The position numbers and the translations under genes were made by a program. A stretch of DNA of 64,000 nt. Source: Sphaerochaeta sp. (GTDB lineage: Bacteria > Spirochaetota > Spirochaetia > Sphaerochaetales > Sphaerochaetaceae). Positions 30,655 to 37,863 of this stretch are shown piece after piece. The notes under the pieces are model-generated. The model ran no database searches, was not told the origin of the DNA, and worked only from the letters and a program-made list of their open reading frames with translations. The stretch spans positions 4,256 to 68,255 of the forward strand of contig JBFWKK010000001.1 in NCBI GenBank assembly GCA_050252715.1, written 5' to 3'. Each line of letters opens with the position of its first letter. Position 1 is the first letter of the stretch.

Positions 30655-31740
30655 ATGGTAACCAAGGAAATCATCAAACAGGTCCCCAAGGTAGAACTCC
30701 ACGACCATCTCGATGGAGGATTGAGAATCCAGACCATTCTGGAGCTTGCTAAAGAACAAGGGATCACCCTCCCCAGTGAAGACCCACAAGCCCTTCATCA
30801 GTGGTTTGTCAGAGGAGGCAAACAGAAAAGCCTCACCCTCTATTTGGAGTCCTTTGCCTTGACAACGAAACTCATGCAGACGGCAGAGGCACTGGAACGA
30901 ATTGCTTTTGAAGCGGTTGAAGATTTGGCCAATGAACAGGTTTGCTATGCTGAGATCCGCTTTGCTCCAATCCTCCATGTTGCAAAGGGGCTCACCTTGG
31001 AAGAAGCAGTCCAAGCAGTCCTTGATGGCCTGCAGCGAGGAACACGAAGGACCGGCATGCCAACGGGATTGATCCTCTGTGCCATGAGAAACCAATCCCC
31101 CAGTGTCAGTAAAAGTATCGCAGAACTCGCAGTTGCATTCGCTGACCGTGGAGTTGTAGGGTTCGACCTTGCAGGTGATGAAATCGGCTACCCAGCAAAA
31201 AAACATCTTGATGCGTTCCAATTCATCAGGAGCAAGAATTTCAATATTACGATCCATGCCGGAGAGGCTTTTGGTGTGGAGTCCATCTGGCAGGCTGTTC
31301 AACTCTGTGGAGCGCACCGTATCGGACATGGGGTGAGACTGGTAGAGGATATGGGGCTTGAAGGTACCAGAATTGAGGAGATGGGATCGCTTGCCAACTT
31401 CATCCTCGACAGAAGAATTCCGATGGAGATGTGCCTTACCAGCAATGTGGGAACAGGGGCCGTAAAAGATTATGACAGTCACCCCTTCCCAATCCTCTTC
31501 AGAAACAAGTTCAGGGTATTCCTATGCAGTGACAACCGTTTGATGAGCGACACCAATTTGACCAGAGAGATGGAGCTGGCGGTACAGCACTACAATCTGA
31601 ACATTCGTGATCTGGAGAAGATTACCATAAATGCCATGAAGTCGGCATTCATCCACCACGACCAAAAACTTGCCATCATCTACGATGTGATCAAGAAGCA
31701 GTATGCAGAGATTCGCCAACGCTACGGGATTGAGGACTAG
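30655..31740 (+). CDS. add: Adenosine deaminase
   Basis: PKVELHDHLDG, GFDLAGDE, TIHAGE, RIGHG, SDN. Confidence 0.95.
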   Translation: MVTKEIIKQVPKVELHDHLDGGLRIQTILELAKEQGITLPSEDPQALHQWFVRGGKQKSLTLYLESFALTTKLMQTAEALERIAFEAVEDLANEQVCYAEIRFAPILHVAKGLTLEEAVQAVLDGLQRGTRRTGMPTGLILCAMRNQSPSVSKSIAELAVAFADRGVVGFDLAGDEIGYPAKKHLDAFQFIRSKNFNITIHAGEAFGVESIWQAVQLCGAHRIGHGVRLVEDMGLEGTRIEEMGSLANFILDRRIPMEMCLTSNVGTGAVKDYDSHPFPILFRNKFRVFLCSDNRLMSDTNLTREMELAVQHYNLNIRDLEKITINAMKSAFIHHDQKLAIIYDVIKKQYAEIRQRYGIED

Positions 31741-32375
31741 AGGGTTCTCCTGAATACTTCCAATGGGTTGATTCTCATGCGAATCCTGCAGTAGAGATAC
31801 CCAAAGACCAAACCGCTCAAGTGGGTAAGGTGTGCAACGTTTCCTCCGGCTCCAAAGACATGGCTTGAGAGCTCTATGAGTGCATAGAGGATGACCAGGA
31901 TCGGGGCTCTCACAGGGATGATGCCAAACACAAAAATCACTGAGTAAGGGTAGAACACAGCAAACATCAAAAGCACCCCGTAGATTGCCCCTGATGCCCC
32001 AACCAGAATGACGTTGGTCCCAGCCAAGTAGTAGCTGATAAAACTCACAATGCCGCTGAAGAGGCCAGTCAGAAGGTAGAAGAGCAGAAACTCCTTGCTT
32101 CCTATCCTGCGCTCAACCATGGAGCCGAAGATAAACAAGCTCAACATATTGAACAATAGATGGCTGAACCCTCCGTGAACGAACATATAAGTAAACGGTT
32201 GCCAGAGATACCCTCCCAGTACAAAGGAAGGAATCATGGCAAGGTAGTAGGTAAGCCTCGGATAGACCATCGTCGTGACGAGATAGACCAGAGCGTTGAT
32301 GATAATCAACTTCAGGGTAACATTTTTATAGCTGGTATCCCGGAATCTCCGGTTCAAAATCGTGCCTTTTTTCAT
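31737..32375 (-). CDS. Rhomboid family intramembrane serine protease
   Basis: WQPFTYMFVH, HLLFNM, GASGA catalytic Ser, AHLTHLSG. Confidence 0.93.
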   Translation of the reverse strand: MKKGTILNRRFRDTSYKNVTLKLIIINALVYLVTTMVYPRLTYYLAMIPSFVLGGYLWQPFTYMFVHGGFSHLLFNMLSLFIFGSMVERRIGSKEFLLFYLLTGLFSGIVSFISYYLAGTNVILVGASGAIYGVLLMFAVFYPYSVIFVFGIIPVRAPILVILYALIELSSHVFGAGGNVAHLTHLSGLVFGYLYCRIRMRINPLEVFRRTL

Positions 32376-32421
32376 ACGCATACAGTATAAAGGGAATGAG
32401 GTAACGTCAATTGAGCAAAAT

Positions 32422-32458
32422 TTGCACACCTTTTTATCGGTGTGCAAGCAATGCACAC
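32422..32458 (+). promoter_or_regulatory. Putative enhancer (UAS) for sRNA copy 1
   Basis: Perfect inverted repeat TTGCACACC-N8-GGTGTGCAA (32422-32447) overlapping GTGTGCA-N5-TGCACAC (32440-32458). Confidence 0.6.
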
Positions 32459-32509
32459 TCCTTACACCCTTAAACCCTTGATTCCCACCTTGAATGCCTG
32501 TTTTAAGCT

Positions 32510-32525
32510 TGGCACGCTTATTGCA
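32510..32525 (+). promoter_or_regulatory. sigma54 promoter of sRNA copy 1
   Basis: TGGCACGCTTATTGCA matches TGGCACG-N4-TTGCW. Confidence 0.9.
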
Positions 32526-32534
32526 TTGTTATAA

Positions 32535-32631
32535 GCAGAACAGAGCAACAATTTTTTTCATACTCCTCCTTTTTATACCGACAGGGTGCCAAAAGATTTT
32601 CCCCAAACTACTTTTGGCACCCTACTTTTTT
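32535..32631 (+). ncRNA. Candidate sigma54-dependent small RNA, copy 1 (~97 nt)
   Basis: Starts 11 nt after the -12 GC; GCAGAACAGAGCAACA shared with copy 2; CUCCUCCUU anti-SD; 13-bp terminator stem 32583-32595/32611-32623 plus U6; no + strand ORF. Confidence 0.8.
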
Positions 32632-32657
32632 GTCCTAATCTGTGAAAATTTGAAATA

Positions 32658-32676
32658 GTGTGATAAAAATGCACAC
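32658..32676 (+). promoter_or_regulatory. Putative enhancer (UAS) for sRNA copy 2
   Basis: GTGTG-N9-CACAC, same geometry as 32440-32458. Confidence 0.55.
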
Positions 32677-32752
32677 CTTAGTAGCACGGTCGTTCAATCC
32701 TAAAACCTCTTTACAGTGTCTATTCTATGCTGTAAGTATATGTTTATAAAGT

Positions 32753-32768
32753 TGGCACACTAGTTGCA
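32753..32768 (+). promoter_or_regulatory. sigma54 promoter of sRNA copy 2
   Basis: TGGCACACTAGTTGCA. Confidence 0.9.
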
Positions 32769-32777
32769 CTACTATTG

Positions 32778-32881
32778 GCAGAACAGAGCAACAGTTTTTT
32801 TCAAACCTCCTTAAAGTGTGATTTCTTTGGTGCCAGCGGTTCTCTCTCCCCACCCCACAATACCGCTGGCACCATCTTTTT
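32778..32881 (+). ncRNA. Candidate sigma54-dependent small RNA, copy 2 (~104 nt)
   Basis: Same promoter-to-start spacing and 5' 16-mer as copy 1; CCUCCUU; 13-bp stem 32828-32840/32862-32874 plus U5. Confidence 0.8.
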
Positions 32882-32920
32882 GCTCTTCCTGCTCCCTCAA
32901 TAGTTTGCTATAGTGGGAAC

Positions 32921-33526
32921 ATGGCAACGAGCAGAAGGGACCGTGCAGACTCCTATACCAAACGAGCACACAAGGAGGGCTATCCAGCCCGTTCCGTCTA
33001 TAAGCTGGAAGAACTACAGCAACACTTTTCCTTGGTAAAACGTGGGGACAAAGTCCTCGATGTAGGTGCCGCCCCAGGATCTTGGACGCTTTACACCCAT
33101 AGAAACCTGATCAAGGGACAAGGAAGCATTATTGCGGTTGACCTGAATCCACTGAACCTCAACCCTGTCCCTCCCACCGTTACCGCCTATATAGGTGATG
33201 CCTTCAGCAAGGAAATCAGGGAGAAGCTGGTAGAGAGCGGTCCCTACGATGCCATTATCAGCGATGCAGCTCCCATGACCATGGGAAACCGTAGTGTTGA
33301 TACCGCACGAAGCGAAGCTCTTGCTGAACAAGTCATCTACCTCGCAAAAGACCACCTCAAGATACATGGAAACCTGGTGGTGAAGGTATTCCAAGGTGGT
33401 GGGCAGGTTCAACTTCTGCAACTGATGAGAACACTCTTTGGTAAAGTAAAACCCTACAAGCCAAAGGCATGTAGGGATGACTCATTTGAGATTTATCTGG
33501 TGGGAATTGATCGCAAAGAACAGTGA
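32921..33526 (+). CDS. rlmE: 23S rRNA Um2552 methyltransferase RlmE/FtsJ
   Basis: GYPARSVYKL.E, LDVGAAPGSW, SDAAP, KVFQG, S.EIY. Confidence 0.93.
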   Translation: MATSRRDRADSYTKRAHKEGYPARSVYKLEELQQHFSLVKRGDKVLDVGAAPGSWTLYTHRNLIKGQGSIIAVDLNPLNLNPVPPTVTAYIGDAFSKEIREKLVESGPYDAIISDAAPMTMGNRSVDTARSEALAEQVIYLAKDHLKIHGNLVVKVFQGGGQVQLLQLMRTLFGKVKPYKPKACRDDSFEIYLVGIDRKEQ

Positions 33527-34159
33527 TCAGGCTTTTTGTGCCCTGGCCAAGTTCCTCGCGGCTCCTTGGTGGTCTACCAGTTCCAATGTTTTTCCAAACG
33601 CTTCAATCGCTGTTTTTGTATCAGAGAAATGGTCAAGGGCGAGGCACCCAAGATTATTCCAAGCCTCTGCCTGGGAAGGATCATCTGCGAGGATTTGTTC
33701 ATACATTGAACGGGCTTTATCAGGATCAGAATCCAACACTTTTTGTGCTTCAGGCAACAACTGATAGGCTTGTATAACCTTGGTATACTTCTCATCAGAG
33801 GAGAGCAGCTCAAGACGTAGATGCATCAGATACTCCTCCTTCTCAGAGGGATTATCTGCCAAGGCAGAAGTATACCAGTGAACAGCCTCCTCCTGCTTTC
33901 CAGAGAGGTAGGCGATATCCCCAAGAAGGCGGCACAACCGCAGACTTTCTCCATAACGCAGGACAGCCTTTACCAAAACATCGTAGGCCTTTTCCTTATC
34001 TCCTGAACCAAGTGCAATCAGGGCAAGATTGTAGTGCAATCCCATCGAGGGACCCTCATGGTTTATGAGCTTATGGGTGAAGCGTTCAGCTTCCTCCCAC
34101 TTGTCTTGAACCATTGCATTAAGCATCCTACGCTGATAATACCATTTCACCAGATCCAT
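33527..34159 (-). CDS. Tetratricopeptide repeat protein
   Basis: YNLA, LLGDIAY, AEAWNNLG, ARNLARA TPR motifs. Confidence 0.85.
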   Translation of the reverse strand: MDLVKWYYQRRMLNAMVQDKWEEAERFTHKLINHEGPSMGLHYNLALIALGSGDKEKAYDVLVKAVLRYGESLRLCRLLGDIAYLSGKQEEAVHWYTSALADNPSEKEEYLMHLRLELLSSDEKYTKVIQAYQLLPEAQKVLDSDPDKARSMYEQILADDPSQAEAWNNLGCLALDHFSDTKTAIEAFGKTLELVDHQGAARNLARAQKA

Positions 34160-34216
34160 AGTTCCCCCAGATGGTGATGCCGACATTACAGTCAACATCA
34201 CCGCTCTCATTCGTCA

Positions 34217-35560
34217 TTACAGTACAAAAATTCCAATGATCATCAAGATGATGATGGTTGTAACACCCTGTACCAAGGTCACACCCGTTTGGTTCTTGTA
34301 GGCAGTTGCAGTATTCATGTCAGAGAACTGCGAAACCACCCAGAAGTAACTGTCGTTTGCATGGGAGACGGTCATGGAACCTGCTCCAATTGACAACAGT
34401 GCCAATACTTTTGCCATCTCACTGGTCCAACCAAGCTGCCCCATCAGAGGAGCCATCATGGCACTGGTTACAATCATTGCAACAGTGGAAGCACCCATGG
34501 CACTCTTGAGAAGTGCTGCGATGATAAAGGGGATCAAGAGGCCGGCATTCAACTGCACCAAGCTACCTGAGAGCACCTCTGCAATGGGAAGTGTCTTCAA
34601 CACTGCACCAAAGGCACCACCAGCACCGGTAATTGCCAAAATACTGGCTGAACTGTGAATACCATCGCTGATCCAGGAGAAGGCTGTTCCCTTCCCTTCA
34701 CTCTTGGGAATCAAGGTGACCGCCAGGCCTACACCCAGAATAAGTGCGGTAACCGGGTTACCGATGAAGTCAAAGAAGGCCTTTGCACCACCAGCCCCAA
34801 AGGGAGCTGAGGGAAAATCTGCCACAGACTTCAAGGCAATGAGAATAATGGGGAACAGGATTGGGGCAAAGGAGCGCATGGCATTAGGCAACTTTCCATA
34901 CTTCTCAACCAACTCTTCCAAGGAGACCTCTGGATTGGCTGGGATGTCGAACTTGCTGGAGATTTTAATTGCATAGAGATATCCAACCAGCATGACAGGG
35001 ATGGAAACAAGCAATCCTACCAGGATTACCAAGCCAAGATCTGCCTGCAAGGTGCCAGCCATGATGATCGGTCCTGGTGTGGGAGGTACCAGACAGTGGG
35101 TTGCATACAGCCCAGAGCTCAAGCAGGTAGCCATGACTGCAAGGGAAACACCACTCTTTGCAGCAAGGGCACGGTTGATCGGGGAAAGAATAACAAAGCC
35201 AGAGTCACAGAAGACCGGGATACTGACAATATAGCCGGTAAGGCTCATGGTCAGGGGTGCCCGTTTCTTTCCTACCAGATTCAGAATTGAGTTTGCCATC
35301 GTCAGTGCTGCACCTGTCTTTTCCAGGATTGTACCAATGATGGTACCAGCAATAATGACAATTCCGATGCTGCCCAGGATGGAGCCGAAGCCACTGGTGA
35401 GTGTGTTGATCAAATCATCAACAGGCATACCCCCAAGTACCCCGACAAAATATCCTGCAAGCAACAGTACAATGAATGGGTGCCATTTGAATCGTGAGAT
35501 CAAAAGTACCATTCCTACAATCGCGACAATGATGACCAGAAATAGATACCATCCTGCCAT
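34217..35560 (-). CDS. GntP family gluconate/sugar-acid:H+ symporter
   Basis: HPFI.LL, IPVFCDSGFVIL, H.LVPPTPGP, SHANDSYFW. Confidence 0.92.
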   Translation of the reverse strand: MAGWYLFLVIIVAIVGMVLLISRFKWHPFIVLLLAGYFVGVLGGMPVDDLINTLTSGFGSILGSIGIVIIAGTIIGTILEKTGAALTMANSILNLVGKKRAPLTMSLTGYIVSIPVFCDSGFVILSPINRALAAKSGVSLAVMATCLSSGLYATHCLVPPTPGPIIMAGTLQADLGLVILVGLLVSIPVMLVGYLYAIKISSKFDIPANPEVSLEELVEKYGKLPNAMRSFAPILFPIILIALKSVADFPSAPFGAGGAKAFFDFIGNPVTALILGVGLAVTLIPKSEGKGTAFSWISDGIHSSASILAITGAGGAFGAVLKTLPIAEVLSGSLVQLNAGLLIPFIIAALLKSAMGASTVAMIVTSAMMAPLMGQLGWTSEMAKVLALLSIGAGSMTVSHANDSYFWVVSQFSDMNTATAYKNQTGVTLVQGVTTIIILMIIGIFVL

Positions 35561-35590
35561 ATCGTTCCTCCTACTCTCTCTATCGTTTCC

Positions 35591-36427
35591 CTATCCTTCC
35601 AGGATAAGGCTAGAACCCGTTCCGTTATGGAAATGTATTGATGAATGCGCGGTAGCAAGGCTTATTGCCTCTGCTCCTGAACAGTGATTGATACCCAGTA
35701 CTTTAATTCCCTTCTCCTGGAAAACCTGGATGCTTTGAGCAGTCCTTGCACTATCTGCCTCGACCAAATGGGTGCCTCCCAAGAGGGCATAGACCGGCAT
35801 TGAGAATGCTTGCTCAACTGCTGCAAGCATGTTGAGAATTCCAGGATGAGAGCACCCCACCAACATGACCAGCCCCTTCTTGGTTTCAACGACAAGCAAG
35901 ACCTCGTCCTCGAAGCGGTCGGGAATCCAGCCTTGTCCATCTCTCAGAACGAACCGTGGATGAATGGTCTCCTCTGCATGGATACGCTTGAAGTGGGTAA
36001 GCGCCCATACACCCTTTGCAATCTCTGTTTTTCCGGTAATGGTGTGGTGAGCTATTCCCATCTCATGGATGTAATTTTCCCCGAAGTCATTGCCAAGATA
36101 TTGGTATGAGGCATTGAACTGTGCCCACTTCTCCTGGAAAAAGCCATCCCCGGTGTGCAAGGTAAACGCACGGTCCTTCCTCGCTTGGACAAACGACTGA
36201 AAGCCTCCACTGTGGTCATAGTGGCCATGACTGAGCACGACATGCGTCACATCATCCATTTGTTTTCGCAGCAACTTTGCATTCTTCAAAAATGCATCAC
36301 TGCGACCGGTATCAAAGAGAACACTGTCATTTCCTGTCTCAATTAGGAATGAGAGGCCGTGCTCAGTGGCAAGTCCCGTGTGTTCCCCCAGGGTATTTTC
36401 GATCAAGGTAGTTATTTCTAAGGACAT
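35591..36427 (-). CDS. MBL-fold metallo-hydrolase
   Basis: EHGLS, FDTG, LSHGHYDHSGG, GCSHPG, GGTHL, HC. Confidence 0.88.
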   Translation of the reverse strand: MSLEITTLIENTLGEHTGLATEHGLSFLIETGNDSVLFDTGRSDAFLKNAKLLRKQMDDVTHVVLSHGHYDHSGGFQSFVQARKDRAFTLHTGDGFFQEKWAQFNASYQYLGNDFGENYIHEMGIAHHTITGKTEIAKGVWALTHFKRIHAEETIHPRFVLRDGQGWIPDRFEDEVLLVVETKKGLVMLVGCSHPGILNMLAAVEQAFSMPVYALLGGTHLVEADSARTAQSIQVFQEKGIKVLGINHCSGAEAISLATAHSSIHFHNGTGSSLILEG

Positions 36428-36456
36428 GGTATAACCTTTTATGAGTAGTCTAACAG

Positions 36457-36470
36457 GTCAGAGGTCTGAC
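36457..36470. promoter_or_regulatory. Putative FadR-type operator upstream of MBL-gntP
   Basis: Palindrome GTCAGA-GG-TCTGAC 30 bp upstream of the MBL start, next to a FadR gene. Confidence 0.5.
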
Positions 36471-36519
36471 AAGTTGACTATACCATAAACCCGCATTTTC
36501 CATTTGTCAAACAAAAATT

Positions 36520-37215
36520 CTAGAGAGTTCCAAAATAGTGTTGGATATCTTTCAGCGCATTATTCAGATGGTCTTCCATTGCCTGTGATGCAGCCGTTCC
36601 ATCATGGTCAAGGATTGCTTGCAACAGCCTGCCATGCTCCTCAATGGATGATACCAATCTCCCTGGAGCATGAAGACTTGCATACCAACCCTCGTTGAGC
36701 GTCTGATCCATGGTCCTCATCAGTACAGCCAGGGTACGATTCTTGGTCGCCTTCGCGATGGCAAGATGAAATGCACTGTCACTGCTGATGGCTTTAGAGA
36801 CATCACCGGTGCGAACTTTATTCACGAAGGTCTCATAGGATGCCTTCAAGGCTTCAAGATCCTTGGCCTCTGCAAACCGGCAGGCAAGAGCTGCAGCATG
36901 GGGCTCGATCAAGAGACGAACCTCAAAATGTTCTCGTAATGCGTCAGCGTTCTCGACAACCCACCGCTTTACTGGATGGGACTGTTCCTCTGGATCGCTG
37001 ACAAAAACACCCTTTCCCTGATAGACCTTTACTACGCCAGAGACCTCAAGCATCCTCAGTGCTTCACGAATTGAAGAGCGGCTCACTTCAAGCTTCCTTA
37101 CAAGCTCTTTCTCACTGTAAAGCTTGTCACCTGGTTTGAGGTGCTCTTCTTTGATAATCGTTCTAATTGCATCGGTGACCATGACCGAAACACGTTCTTT
37201 TTTCAGGGACTGCAT
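36520..37215 (-). CDS. FadR/GntR family regulator (FCD domain)
   Basis: LKPGDKL.SE.EL...L.VSRSSIREAL, FH.AI..AT.N, EH..L. Confidence 0.92.
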   Translation of the reverse strand: MQSLKKERVSVMVTDAIRTIIKEEHLKPGDKLYSEKELVRKLEVSRSSIREALRMLEVSGVVKVYQGKGVFVSDPEEQSHPVKRWVVENADALREHFEVRLLIEPHAAALACRFAEAKDLEALKASYETFVNKVRTGDVSKAISSDSAFHLAIAKATKNRTLAVLMRTMDQTLNEGWYASLHAPGRLVSSIEEHGRLLQAILDHDGTAASQAMEDHLNNALKDIQHYFGTL

Positions 37216-37298
37216 GGCGCTATCGTATCGCGAAGCGACAAAATCTGCAAGACAGTCCACCACTGGTACAGAAAACCCGTATCTTCTATACTGATTCC

Positions 37299-37727
37299 AT
37301 GAAACAGAAACTACAACTTGTGGTAATTGACGGGCAGGGAGGGAGCTTGGGAAAAGCTCTTGTCTCAGCAATCAAGAAAACATATAACCAACTGGAAATC
37401 CTTGGTATTGGTACCAACAGCCTAGCTGCCAGTGCTATGCTGAAAAGCGGGGCAGATGCCATTGCAACTGGAGAAAATCCAGTACTTGTAGCGTGCAGGA
37501 GTGCCGATATCATCATTGGTCCCCTCGGCATTATTACATCAGACGCACTACACGGGGAGATCACCCCGGCTATGGCATTGGCAGTTGCCCAGAGTGGCGC
37601 ACACAAGATTCTGATTCCCATAAGCAAGTGCAATGTGGTAATCGTAGGGGTCCAGGAAACCTCTCTCTCCGTCATGATCGAATATACGTTGCAGGAGATT
37701 GCACGCTTCCTTGACAGTACCGCTTGA
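37299..37727 (+). CDS. DUF3842 family protein
   Basis: VVIDGQGG..G, GTNSLA..AMLK.GA...ATGEN, GEITPAMA. Confidence 0.85.
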   Translation: MKQKLQLVVIDGQGGSLGKALVSAIKKTYNQLEILGIGTNSLAASAMLKSGADAIATGENPVLVACRSADIIIGPLGIITSDALHGEITPAMALAVAQSGAHKILIPISKCNVVIVGVQETSLSVMIEYTLQEIARFLDSTA

Positions 37728-37794
37728 GGTAGGTAAAATACCATCCAACATGCCTCATGAAGGGGCATAATCCTCAGCATTTTCCTATTTACGC

Positions 37795-37852
37795 AAGAGA
37801 GCCATGAAGGCAAAGAAGAGTACTACTTTTTTGCTTGCATGGCTCTCTTTTT
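37795..37852 (+). terminator. Long hairpin plus T tract immediately before the metal ABC operon
   Basis: About 24 bp stem (37795-37818 with 37826-37849, one mismatch, two G-U) followed by T run. Confidence 0.6.
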
Positions 37853-37863
37853 GGAGCATACCA

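Noticed and set aside
32529-32804. Two minus-strand 10-codon micro-ORFs, MKKIVALFCL (32561-32529) and (L/M)KKTVALFCQ (32804-32772), as the real products
   Set aside because: The SD is only 1 nt from TTG in copy 2, promoter and terminator polarity are on the + strand, and identity stops at the + strand start site. Not fully excluded, since both stop at the same codon; Ribo-seq would settle it.
32535-32812. Direct repeat read as a mini CRISPR array or IS ends
   Set aside because: Only two copies 243 bp apart, each with its own promoter and terminator; no cas or transposase gene in the window.
32611-32874. TGGCAC in the 3' arms of both hairpins as extra sigma54 promoters
   Set aside because: Copy 1 has no GC at the -12 position, and the GC in copy 2 (32882-32883) is two bases too far; both are explained by stem pairing.
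37804-37863. ATG 37804 as start of the ABC ATPase fusion
   Set aside because: It lies inside the long hairpin; TTG 37864 has a GGAG RBS and precedes the recognisable domain.
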